This document shows, one piece after another, positions 43,817 through 55,808 of a stretch of DNA of 64,000 nucleotides; position 1 is the stretch's first letter, and every line of letters begins with the position of its first letter. The translations under genes were made by a program, and so were the position numbers. The notes beneath the pieces are model-generated. The model did not search any database, was not told where the DNA came from, and saw only the letters and a list, made by a program, of their open reading frames with translations. Location: the NCBI GenBank assembly GCA_964016885.1, contig OZ024741.1, positions 291,772,001 through 291,836,000 on the forward strand, given 5' to 3'. Origin of the DNA: Eledone cirrhosa (taxonomy: Eukaryota).

Positions 43817-44723
43817 TGAGGTGTGTCAGAAAAGTTACAGGACTGATGTCACAAAAGATTTATTTCAAACCCAAACTTCACACTAAGGGTTTTCTCCTTC
43901 AAAGTAATCCCTCTGGAGTCTAATGCACTTTTCCATCATTTTCTGCCACGCTTGCATGCACTCCTGGAAGGATTCTTCCTGGATCCTCCGCAGTTCCGTC
44001 GTCACGGCGTTTTTTATGTCGTCCACGTCTTCAAAACGGGCCCCCTCCGGGTCGTACTCGAAGATCCATGACTCATCACCAATGATGACTGTCCCTAGCA
44101 AGTCTGGTTCGGTTTCAAGACGCTCGAGGATGTCCTGGCACACTTGCATGCGTCGACCCTTCTGGTCATCGTTCAGCAGTTTTGGCACTATCATCGCGCA
44201 GACTTTCTGCATGTCCAAATCTTCAGTGAGAATTCACTAGACGCTGTCCCGATTCATGCCCAGCTCATTTGCCATCAGTCGAACAGTCAGCCGATTGTCC
44301 TGGTTGTTGAGGGCCTTCTGCTACTGGGGTCATCTTCCACGCCCTCGCGTCCTTCTTTAAATCTCTTGCACCACTCAAAAAACAGTTGAGCATGACATTG
44401 TCTCATCTCCATACACTTGCTGCAGCAATCCGAGTGCTTCTGACGGAGTTTTCCACAACCGTACGAGAAACTTCAAGTTTGTTCGTTGCTCTGTGCTCAT
44501 TGCTTGACGACCTGAAACAGAGGACATTTATATAAAATTATGAAGAAAAACGTTTGATCGCTGCAGAGAGCTAAGATTACAGTTACATACTCCAGGGGGA
44601 TTACTTTGAAGAAGAAAACACTTAGTGTGAAGTTTGGGTTTGAAATAAATCTTTTGTGACATCAGTCCTGGAACGTTCCAGGACTGATGTCACAAAAGAT
44701 TTATTTCAAACCCGAACTTCACT
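43817..44723 (-). mobile_element. Internally deleted mariner element with long TIRs and a fold-back right end
   Basis: TIR-like arms ~43828-43918 / 44590-44674; transposase pieces MSTEQRTNLKFLVRL..TVFEWCKRFKEGR, MIVPKLL, IIGDESWIFEYDPE joined directly to GARFEDV. Confidence 0.9.
43883..44500 (-). pseudogene. mariner transposase lacking most of the DD34D domain
   Basis: HTH N-terminus and first Asp motif (GDE) present; second and third Asp region deleted. Confidence 0.88.
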
Positions 44724-45116
44724 TTTAAGTTCCCTTTTTGGCATATTATAAACAGTGAATTTTGGTTATCGTGTCCTTGACCTCTGCTGATGATCGATTC
44801 CAACCGTGACCATCCCCACTGAAAGTTTCGTGAAATAGTCTTTTTAAGACTATACAGAGCATTTGTAGTTTTTCCAAATTGAAGGATGAGTATTTTGAAC
44901 TTTATTTTATTCTGAGTTAAGGCTCTATTGATTTTTCCCTGGATTTCACAAAATTCTGTGGATGAATCTATGCCCTGATACTTTTTGAATTGAGTTTGAA
45001 TTATTTTGCCACATCTTACGTTAACTATTTTTCCATTTTGACGTTATAGTTACTTATATATTATGAAATACTGTTGGCTTCTTGTTCACAATAATTTCTA
45101 TACTTTTCATTTATAT

Positions 45117-45196
<80 letters not shown>

Positions 45197-45280
45197 AAAG
45201 GTAAACAGTAATAACAACACAATCGGTACAGTATATGGAAAGTATATATTAGGTTAACGTTCGATATAGCAGAAATAGGG

Positions 45281-45316
45281 TCTTAACGTTTCGGACGCTA
45301 GTCCTTCATCAGAAGA
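45281..45316 (-). ncRNA. Ultra-minimal type I hammerhead (36 nt)
   Basis: TCTT-CTGATGA-a-GGAC(tagc)GTCC-GAAA-CG-TT-AAGA; helix III is the palindrome AACGTT, so it would need a dimer. Confidence 0.8.
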
Positions 45317-45551
45317 AAGAATGAGAAATAAAATAGATTAAGGGGACGGGCGGGATGGAATTGGAAAAAAACGGTTTCGTTAAAAGAGCTATACTTGAGC
45401 ACGTGCGTAAGCATGTGTGTGTATGTGTGTGGGTGTGTGTGTGTGTGTGTTATTATAGGTCCGTACGAAGCTAAGAAGAGATGTGTGTATATGTGAGTAA
45501 AAGAATGTGTGTGCATGTAAGTACGAATATATATATATATATATATATATA

Positions 45552-45741
45552 TAACGAAGGAAGTGTGGTAAGGAACCAGGTGGACCATAACGCACCAGAG
45601 TACTTGATACTTTGGGTAGTAGAGTGGGTAATAGGAAAAGAGTCAGAACCCCGACGGCAGAGCTGAAGCCGTTTCGACAGCTATTTCAGCCCAGAAATAG
45701 CTGTCGAAACGGCTTCAGTTCTGCCCCCGGGGTTCTGACTC

Positions 45742-45748
<7 letters not shown>
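45552..45748. mobile_element. Family A (subfamily) mini fold-back
   Basis: Diverged copy of 20170-20388. Confidence 0.8.
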
Positions 45749-45835
<87 letters not shown>

Positions 45836-45837
<2 letters not shown>

Positions 45838-47387
45838 TATAAAGCTGACGGCCGTATGTAGGTAACAAACTTTCCGCCTAACGGCTGGACCAAACAGCAC
45901 CAATTTTGCACCATAGATGTAACTTTTTCCAAGTAAAAAAGTTACCGTATTTTCGTCTACTGAATTTCGTTAAATTATTTAAATATTCACTTTAAAATTT
46001 TCAAATATCAACACTTCCGGTTATACGACATTTCTAACGTCTTCACGAACCAAAGTATCATCTTCCTGTTTTCTTTCAGTTGCAACATTTTTCGAAATAT
46101 TTACTTCTGCGTTCGCAGATTGATTTTTTTAGTTTCAGAAGATCACGTTAAGGGTGAAAGCAGCGATTCTTTGCTTAAACTTTAATCTGTTATTTTAATA
46201 TATATATATATAATTATATATTCGTGTACAGATATTTTTGCATACACAAAAACAAAATATAAACAAACGTATTTATTTCACGAAAGCACAGACGGCTTAT
46301 CGTCATTGTTACTGCCGATATGCCACCCCATAAGTCCTAGCCTGGCCGCAAGATCAGATTTTCCAGAAGAAAAAGTTCTACTAGAGCAACATAGAGACTA
46401 AGCTTCGCGATTACCATCAACAAAGCTCAGGGTCAAACCCTAAAAGTGGCTGGCCTTCATCTGGAAAACCATGGTCCATTGTATGTAGGATGCTCTAGGG
46501 TGAGCTCGCCAAGCAATCTCTTCATCTTTGCTCCCGAGGGCCGAACAAAAAATATTGTATACTCTGAGACTCTAACAATGTAATTTATGTATTTTCTGTT
46601 ACTTGGAATTTTCATTATGGTTGTACAAATTATTGTAAAGTTTGTTAAAAAAATGTGTTCTCTGTTCAACCTTTATTGTTGTAACTATCAATTTTCTTTA
46701 ACGTACTGGCTGAGAAAAGAAACCTACAATGAAAGAACATCTTAAAGTTTATCCAAACCAAATGTATTTATTAACATTTCTATCTGCAGGTTCTTAGCAA
46801 GCTTACTGGCGCTTTAGTATGGTATTCAACTATCATATCGTTTTTGATTGATATGGTGCATATATTGCAGCTATTCATATGTTTTAAACATTAGATAACG
46901 ATTGCTAGTGTATATTGTACGACAGAATTTGCTGAAAAATATTTTGAATGGACAAATAAAAGAGATATAAACGAGAGATGATTGTTGGTTGGTTCCTTCG
47001 CGTATCACACCAAAAAAACGAAAAGTGACAATCGGAAAGTATGTACAGGATTGGGATTAGAGTATATCCAGGAAAGTTTATTGATACTAATTTTATAACA
47101 GCAAAGAAGAAGAAAGACATACCACGTGTGCTAACCAACTTGACTGCTATTTCTAGCAGGTTGGGAATCAAACATAAGGGATTCTCTCTGCGAGTTCGTT
47201 GTCAGTGATGATCGTGTTTCGCGGCCTATGTCTCCGATTCCAACGGTGGTTTACACACACACACACACACGAACACTCACACAGGCACGCACACACGTAT
47301 ATACACACACACACATATATACACACACACACATATCAATATATATATACACACACACATATATATATATACCCAAACACACACAAA

Positions 47388-47439
<52 letters not shown>

Positions 47440-47545
47440 AAACACTCACCGTAAACAAGACAATGCATTCAATACAGACGTTTTCTCTTCTGCCGGTCTT
47501 CTCTTATCATTTGTTAACCTTGGCGAATCTGGGTACCTCAGCTAG
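45836..47545 (+). mobile_element. Helitron remnant
   Basis: Pif1 helicase C-terminus, degenerate hairpin and CTAG|T at 47542-47546; shares 46088-46282 with 26340-26592 (reversed). Confidence 0.65.
46395..46583 (+). pseudogene. Helitron RepHel Pif1 helicase C-terminal fragment
   Basis: RLSFAITINKAQGQTLKVAGLHLENHGPLYVGCSRVSSPSNLFIFAPEGRTKNIVYSETL* (helicase motifs V and VI). Confidence 0.92.
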
Positions 47546-47644
47546 TTTATATATATATATATATATTTAAAAAGTAGGTAGTAACGCCGTATTTTACTAA
47601 ATAGAATTAGCCTGTCAGTTGGGATTTAAAAAAAAAAAAACCTC

Positions 47645-47742
47645 TGAATGGAAAATAGGATGAGTATTGACGTATATGGGACACGAGTCCACACCTTTGA
47701 TTTGCCGAACTAATGTATTACCATTACACTAACACGCCACCA
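47645..47742 (-). mobile_element. tRNA-like SINE head
   Basis: Minus strand GGTGGCGTGTTAGTGTAATGGTAATAC...GGACTCGTGTCCC. Confidence 0.45.
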
Positions 47743-47908
47743 ATAGTTCCTTCCATTCAATTAGAAGCTATGTAACGTGTCTTGAAACATTGTTGACTTC
47801 TGATTCGTATTTCGTATAAATAACTGTCTGCTTTTAATTACATCTTTCATAGGCGGAAACGATTGCCTCGTGTGTGTGTGCATGTATATGTATGTATATA
47901 TATATACA

Positions 47909-47946
<38 letters not shown>

Positions 47947-48087
47947 TAAAATAACAGATTACAGTTTAACCAAAGAATCGCTGCTTTCGCCCTTAACGAG
48001 ATTTTCTGAAACTGAAGATCCCGTTAAGGGTGAAAGCAGCGGCTACAGAGCTTTTTAGTTATGTAATAAACAACATAAAATAATTAT

Positions 48088-48149
48088 TTCATTTACCAGT
48101 GATTTCTTGAAGACAGATATTTATATCTGTCTTCAGTCGTCAGAACGAA
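48088..48149 (-). ncRNA. Type I hammerhead (family B)
   Basis: TTCGTT-CTGACGA-cTGAAGACAGATA(taaa)TATCTGTCTTCAa-GAAA-TCACTGG-TA-AATGAA. Confidence 0.8.
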
Positions 48150-48339
48150 TAAAATGGTGTGTTTATTGAATATGAATTGGAAAACAAAATTTAGGAAATA
48201 TGAAAGTGAGGCTGAAATCGAATAACGGGCAAAAAATATTCAGGGGGGAAAATATATAAATAAATATCCAGAACATAAACATACACACACTCAAACACGC
48301 GCTTATACGTAATAGTACGTAGACGTATACATTATCACA

Positions 48340-49171
48340 AACCCAATGAAAATTTAAGATATATACACAAAGAGTCTTGCCATCCCCCTATAGTCTTTTA
48401 AAATCTTATTCCTAACATTAGCCGTAGGCTATCTTCGTCTATAGATATTTTTAACAAAACTGCCCCTTATTATAATAAGGCCCTCATTAACAACGGCTTA
48501 ACCGAACAAATTAAATAGTTACCTACCCCTCTTTCTAACACAAAAACAGGAAAAGAAAAATTATTTGGTTTACACCTCCGTTCTCTCTAACTGTTAAAAC
48601 TAACATAGGAAGAAAATTCCTCGACCTTCTAGACACACATTTTCCCCCTAATCATAGATTTAATAAGATATTTAATAGAAATTTAGTTAAAATCAGCTAC
48701 TCTTGCTGCCCATCTATGGAAACTAAAATTACCAACTCTAATGGTACTAGAGTAAATCCAGGATGCAGCTGCAGGAAACCGGAAGAATGCCCATTACAGG
48801 GCAAATGTAACAACAGGTACCAAATCCATTGTGTATGAGGCCAATTTGACACCGATGATTAGTAACCAGCTAGCCAGAAGGAGCGATATGTTGGCATGAC
48901 TCAGGACAGATTTAAAACCAGTTACTATGCACATGTCGCTTCTTTCAAACACCCTGAAAAAAGAACAGCAACGGCGCTTGCAGATAAAGTGTGGGAGTTT
49001 AAAGACAAAAACATTCCATACTCTATTGATTGGTCTATTTTAGACCATTCAAGAGAATACCAAAGGGGCACAATTCTTTAAAACCTGAAAACCCCTCACA
49101 CTTGCCTCAACTCTAAGACCGAGATCTTTAGATGTTGTCCACACTTGAAACCGCATCTACTTTTTAGCTAG
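48340..49171 (+). pseudogene. PLE RT thumb, linker and GIY-YIG fragment (Naiad-like)
   Basis: YIHKESCHPP, RKRKIIWFTPPFSLTVKTNIGRKFLDLLDTHFP, CSCRKPEECPLQGKC, YVGMTQDRFKT; frameshifts and deletions. Confidence 0.9.
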
Positions 49172-49574
49172 ATTAACACACCAACGATTACTCAACCACT
49201 CTTCGCTTCCTCTTTACATATTACGCCTTCCACTCACTACCAATATCATCACCTCCTGAACACTACTTCTTACCCAGTTTTTATATAAACACATACTTTC
49301 TACCAATATATACATTTTTTCCCCTCATGTTTATCTATTTTTTTCATTTGATTTAACCTCCCCCTCCCTCTATTTTCTACCATACCTTTAACACATACAC
49401 ATCCACCACCTTTATCCTGTACACAACCTTTACGCAGATCACTTTTTAACTATACACCCTTATCCAGATCTCTTCACAAACACTTACTCTCTACCACAAC
49501 TTATACAACCCTTTTCTCCCTTTTCTCCCTCACCTGTTCATCTAATTTTTTTATATTATTTGCTTATATTATTT

Positions 49575-49681
49575 CCCGCCGAGGTTAACTTTGCCTTTCA
49601 TCCTTACGGGGTCGATAAAATAAAGTACCAGTAACACACTGGTTAATTGCTGGCCTTGTGCCTAACGTAGAAACAATTATT
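49575..49681 (+). mobile_element. SINE 3' half
   Basis: Core and tail of the abundant SINE. Confidence 0.85.
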
Positions 49682-49817
49682 TGCTTTCAGTTATATTCCA
49701 CCTTGACCTTACATACCCACTATGTTTCAAGTGTATACACACATGCTTGTATGTGGGCGCATATACAGGCAGGCATATATGTACATACACATGTATGTGT
49801 ATTTATACATATATGCA

Positions 49818-49880
<63 letters not shown>

Positions 49881-49896
49881 CTTTTATATGTATATT

Positions 49897-49955
<59 letters not shown>

Positions 49956-50290
49956 ATGTATGTGTATTTATATAATTTTATATTTATTTGTTTATCTAAT
50001 ATATATTTTATCTAATATATATTTTATTTTATCTAATATATATTTTTGCGCGTGGATCTGTGAGTATCCCCACCTGCGAGTGTGTGTGTATATATAGTTT
50101 GTCTGCCTATATGTTTATACACACACACACGCACGTGTATGCATGCATGTGTTTGTGTGTGTATATATATATATATATATGTGTATATATATACATAAAC
50201 ATATATATATATATATATATATATATTCATATATGTGTATATATGCATATATATGTGTATATATGCATATATGTGTATATATATATATAT

Positions 50291-50399
50291 ATAACAAAGG
50301 AATTGTGGTAACGAACCAGATGGACCATAACGCACTAGAATCCAGAAATAGCCGTCGAAACGGCTTGAGCTCTGCCGTCGGAGTCATACTTTTTCCTAT
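50291..50399. mobile_element. Family A shortest fold-back
   Basis: 45 bp of tail (minus) joined to a half-hammerhead short end (plus). Confidence 0.75.
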
Positions 50400-50854
50400 G
50401 AATATATATATATATATGTGTGTGTGTATGTATGTGTATGTGTATGTGTATATATATATGTGTGTATGTGTGTGTGTTTATGTATATATATATGTATGTT
50501 TGGGCTTGTGTGGGTATGTGTGCGTGTATATATATATATGTATATATGTGTATATGTGTATGTATATGTATACATTTATATTTTTATAAATATATATACA
50601 TATATGTGTGTGTGTTTGTATATGTATATATGTATATATATATATATATACATAGCATGTGTATTTGTTAATTTTTACGTTGTTTTCATTGATATTTTAT
50701 CCCCCCCCCCCCTTTACGTTGTCAACAAGTCTCTTTATGACGTTGTTTTTATTTTTATTTCTATTTTCTTATACCTTTTGAATTTTTTTGATCTTATTTA
50801 TTTATATCTGTCCCTGAACTACCTACCAATGGTTTGTACATATTAATAAATGTA

Positions 50855-50911
<57 letters not shown>

Positions 50912-50912
<1 letters not shown>

Positions 50913-51900
50913 CAGAAGGGATATTCAATTTGTTGGTAATTCTACAAATATAAATGGTTATAACTGATTAAGTGCACTCGACAAGTTTTCTGGAGTATAA
51001 TATACAATGATATTAAATAAATGGAAACTATATTTATAAATATTTTATTGAAGTGGCACGAACATAGTTAAATATTTGTTCTCTAGTTTTAACTGTGCAT
51101 TTATAAACTACGTTTTTGTCTAAACAATTATTTTGTAAAGGGTACTTTGATTTGATTCTACAGTTACATTTACTGGAGTTATTGTTGTTCAGAACGGTAC
51201 TATTATTCTGAATATTTTTGTTAGAAATATTATTATTGCTATTTTGGTTAGTTTGGTTAGGGTTTAAATTTAAGGTTCTATTATTAATTCTATTTATATT
51301 TTGTGCTATGTTCATAGTAGTCGAGTAGGATAGTTTTATAGTGTGTCTGTTAAAAATAGAATGGTAGCTGTGGGCTTTACGAAAACATTTATCTAGTGCT
51401 TTAAAGAATAGCTTTGCTAAAGGTGTTTTAACGCTTAATGAGAATGGGAGAGAGTACCAAATAATATTTCTTTTTCTAGTTTTTTTTTTGTTTGGTTTAG
51501 TCTTTAAGTTAATACTAGGATGATATGTCATATTATTGTTATCTATGTATTTAATTCTATTTGAGTATCCTGCTCTATGTAAAGCTTCATTTTAATATTC
51601 AGCCTTATCATCAAAAATATTTTTATTAACGGAGATCCGTGAAATCCGTTGTTGGACGCTATTAACAATAGTCTTTTTAATACTTCTAGGATGATTAGAA
51701 TTGAAACTTACATAAATTAGATTTTCGTTAATTTTATAGAAAGGGTAGTATAGACCTGCGTTAAGGTTTAAGGTTACATTTAAGAAGTTAAAGATTTTGT
51801 AATTGTTCTCTATTTCTAATTTAAGAATATAATTGTTGAAAAATTGTATTATAGATTTCTTTTCCTATTAATTTCACTATTGCTATGGTTTTCAATTAGA
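50912..51900 (-). pseudogene. Second Naiad-like PLE (family C): RT end, linker and start of endonuclease, deleted into its 3' end
   Basis: NFLNVTLNL, SNHPRSIKK, RKRNIIWYSLPFSLSVKT, IFNRHTIKLSYS, CNCRIKSKYPLQNNC, VVY..YVRAT; 50990-51040 matches 53295-53335 reversed and 54050-54140. Confidence 0.88.
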
Positions 51901-52070
51901 AGCATTTATTATTTTTAATATTTTTAATATTTTTTAAATATTTTTTTAAATATTTTATATATTTCTAAATTTTGTTAATATCTCTAATATTTATAATATT
52001 TTTAATATATATATATTTAATATTTTAATTTCCGACATTATTTTAATTCTGACATTATTTTTAATTCTAA

Positions 52071-52262
52071 GGGCGGTGGATTGGCAGTATCGGTAGAGGG
52101 TCGGACGCCATGCTTTCCAGCATAGTTACGTCCCTTTACGATCTGATTTCAAATCCCGCCGAGGTTGACTTTGCCTTTCATCCTTACGGGGTCGATAAAA
52201 TAAAGTACCAGTAATGCACTGGGTAATTGCTGGCCTTGTGCCTAAAGTAGAAACAATTATTT
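52071..52262 (+). mobile_element. tRNA-derived SINE, full length
   Basis: GGGCGGTGGATTGGCAGTATCGG head, core and ATT tail. Confidence 0.9.
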
Positions 52263-53226
52263 TTATTCTGATATTATTTTTCTAAGGCCACCCCGCTAAA
52301 TATATTTTTTAGATGTAGATTGATAATCTTTAAATGACACTATGAAAATTTATCCTCTTTACGATAGTTCTTCGAAAAGCACATTACATTTTTCCTCTCT
52401 CTTTTTGTTATTCAAACATTCACACATCTTTCCACTAAAATAATGGATCTCACACAAAATAATATGTAATTTTCTCTATATATTTTGGAGTAAATCACTC
52501 ATCAAATTTAACGGTTAACAAACAAAATTGGAGTTATCTTTCCTGTCTCAATCGTGGAAACATAAACATATTATGTTTGATAATCTATATAACTTCGTTA
52601 AATTAACAATATTCTGAAAACATTTTCAATGTTGAACACAATTTTTGAATCCACAAATTGTTCTCCTCTCACAACTTGAACCACCTTTAAGTAAAATACA
52701 AAATCAACGTCCTTCGTAACTCATATTTGATATATAAACAACTAATAATTGTAAATTATCTCTCTCTATAATACTAATTACATACGCAATTATTAATCTA
52801 TATAGATATTTATATACATATAACCTTTCGTAATGTAATAAGATAAAAATACTTACAACCATAATTCTTCATATAATCTAATTGATTATATATACAATAT
52901 TATAACTTATAATATAGGTAAATAAATTTAAATTTAAACTCTGGAATCATATTCCACTTTTTTTCCCCAAAATTAACGTTAATTAATTCTTCTTCCTTTC
53001 TCTTCTTTCCTACGCATATAATAACTTATCATAACTATTTAAATTTTCCATAGCGTCTAAAATAACGTTTTTTTTCAGCCCTTTTACCTAAACCTCATTT
53101 TCATACTCATCTTAATAATTTGAAATATTTGACTTTTCTTCTCGTTTCCCTTCACTATCCAAGGAAAACTTGAACCGTTAAGGTATATTCACCTTGGTTA
53201 TGTCAAAATTTATAAAAGACACTTCG

Positions 53227-53287
53227 TATTTTATCTGATGATAGTGTACCAAAATGTTGGTACCCTTGAAATATATATAATAGAATA
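53227..53287 (+). ncRNA. Minimal type I hammerhead (family C)
   Basis: TATTTTAT-CTGATGA-tagtGTACCAA(aatg)TTGGTACcctt-GAAA-TATATA-TA-ATAGAATA. Confidence 0.8.
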
Positions 53288-53469
53288 AATATGGTTTTAC
53301 AAATATAGTTTCCATTTATTTAATATCGTTGTATATATATATATATATATATATATGCATGTATATATATATGTACGCGTATCTATAGAGATTTGTGTGT
53401 ATATATGTGTGTATACATATTTATATATGTGTGTACATATATGGGTGCGTATATATAAGTGTATATGTG

Positions 53470-53542
<73 letters not shown>

Positions 53543-53892
53543 CTGTATATGAGTATGGAGAGATATGCATGTGTGTATATATAGACTTTACGTTATTAGT
53601 GAGTACATGTGTGTGTGTGTGCCTGTGTGTGCGCATATGTGAGCCAAAGACCACACGTTTTGTGTGTCTGTTCGTATTTCCATGTAGACGCACTCACGCT
53701 TATGTGAGAATGTATACGTCTACGTACTATTACGTATAAGCGCGTGTTTGATTGTGTGTATGTTTATGTTCTGGATATTTATTTATATATTTTTTCTCCT
53801 CATTATTTTTTGCCCGTTATTCGATTTCAGCCTCACTTTCATATTTCCTAAATTTTGTTTTCAAATTCATATTCAATAAACACACCATTTTA

Positions 53893-53954
53893 TTCTTTCT
53901 GACGACTGAAGACGGATATAAATATCTGTCTTCAAGAAACCACTGGTAAATGAA
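53893..53954 (+). ncRNA. Type I hammerhead (family B)
   Basis: CTGACGA-cTGAAGACGGATA..TATCTGTCTTCAa-GAAACCACTGGTA-AATGAA. Confidence 0.8.
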
Positions 53955-54149
53955 ATAATTATCTTATGTTGTTTATTATATAACTAAATATATATATATA
54001 TATAATAAACAATGAGTTATATGTTTTGTTGATTATTATTCAACAGACTTAATTTTATAACAGATTTGAAGCACTCTACAAATTTTATCTGGAGTATTAT
54101 TAATATTAACAATATTAATAAATGGAAAATATCTTTATAATACCATATT

Positions 54150-54209
54150 TATTTTATTATACGTATTTCAAGGACACTAAATTTTAGCGTGCTTTCATCA
54201 GATAAAATA
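54150..54209 (-). ncRNA. Minimal type I hammerhead (family C variant)
   Basis: TATTTTAT-CTGATGA-aagcACGCTAA(aat)TTAGTGTcctt-GAAA-TACGTA-TA-ATAAAATA; palindromic helix III ATACGTAT. Confidence 0.85.
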
Positions 54210-54654
54210 TAATATTTGGTGTTAAGATATTGACATACCTTAGCGTAAACTTAATAGTATAAGCGCGCTATCGGGCTTATACTATACTGTGTGTGTGTGT
54301 GTGTGTGTGTGTATCTGCACACACACGAGGCTATTGTTCCGCCTATGAAGAGATGTGATTAAAAGCAGACAGTTATTTATACGAAATACGAATCAGAAGT
54401 TAATTGAAATGATCGGTATAATTTGCATAATGCGCATGCGTTTGGAAACGTAGTTTATGAAATTACACACAATACAATGTAAATCTAAGATGAATTTTAT
54501 TACTCTTTTGACTTAGGGCTAAACAAGAACAGCAAAAACAACAATATCAGCACCACCACCATCTCCACCACTACAGCAACAACAACATGATCGACAACAA
54601 CACGTCTTACAAATGGCTTTGTTCATGTTTATTCAGAAATATTATCACCAGCAG

Positions 54655-54727
<73 letters not shown>

Positions 54728-54752
54728 TTTCCACCAGGACTACTACTACTAC
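54655..54752. repeat. (CTA)n microsatellite
   Basis: Tandem CTA. Confidence 0.95.
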
Positions 54753-55049
54753 TGGAATACAATACCTTATCGGATTACATATCGTCTGTTTCTATCAGTT
54801 ATTTGGTTTAGGGCTAAAACAAAATGTCGGTGACGTTTTTTTTTCTTTTATACTGTATAATAATGTAAAGAGTTACTACAGTTTAACAATTGATTAATAT
54901 TACTTATATTTTGAATATAATACATTAGTACATATTGTTGTTGTTGCTCTTGCTTAGTAGTAGCAGTACCACCACCACCACAACCACCACCATCATCATC
55001 ATCATCACCACCGCCAACGATAACAACCCTGTCATCATCATTATCATCA

Positions 55050-55537
55050 CCTTTACCTTTCATCCTTACGGGGGTCGATAAAATAAATACGTCACGCACT
55101 GGGGTCGATTTAATGGACTTTCCCCTCCCACAAAATTGCTGGCCTTGTGCCTATATAAGAAACCATAGAAATAATTGTTTCTACTATTGGCACAAGGCCA
55201 GCAATTACTCCAGTACATTACTGGTACTTTATTTTATTTACCTTATTTTAAGGATGAAAGGCAAAGTGAACCTCAGCGGGATTTGAACTCAAACCATAGA
55301 AATAATAATTAATATTAATACATAAAGGGCGGTGGATTGGCAGTATCGGTAGAGGATCGGACGCCATGCTTTGAAGCATAGAGTTACGGCCCTTGCCATT
55401 CTGAGTTCAAATCCCACGAAGAGTAACTTTGCTTTTCATCCTTACGGGGTCGATAAAATAAAGTACCAGTAATGGACTTGGTAATTGCTGGCCTTGTGCC
55501 AAAAGTAGAAACAATTAATATTATTATTATTATTATT
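55050..55537. mobile_element. Three SINE copies (+, -, +); the middle one has a 16-bp target-site duplication
   Basis: AAACCATAGAAATAAT at 55160-55175 and 55291-55306; last copy 55327-55520 ends in (ATT)n. Confidence 0.85.
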
Positions 55538-55808
55538 GGTCTGTTCGGACGCTTTTTGCTCGCTCCCAGTAAGTCGCTTTATTTAACTGTTATAATTATT
55601 TGTTGCTTAATTTTTCTTGTTGTGTAAGGGATATAAGCCCTTGGACTTTGCCCTGTGAAGAGGAAAGTATAATATTTGGGCCTTTTGGCCCAAATATTTG
55701 ATTAATATTTCAAGAATTTACTTTAAAAAAAAACAAAAAAAACACGTCTGAGCCACACCTCTAACAATATGTCTGCTGTCGTGTGACAATGGCGTAAAAG
55801 TTGAGAGG

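Larger units (their letters stand above)
48056..53990 (+). mobile_element. Naiad-type PLE (family B) with inverted 5' copy of its 3' end, interrupted by nested elements
   Basis: Inverted arms 48056-48338 / 53702-53988, each with a hammerhead; ORF fragment 48340-49171 in between. Confidence 0.8.

Noticed and set aside
47947-48040. Family F hammerhead (CTGAAGA-tCCC/GGGt-GAAA)
   Set aside because: Other copies read CAGAAGA, the CTG arises at the fold-back junction, and helices I and III cannot be closed; at most a relic.
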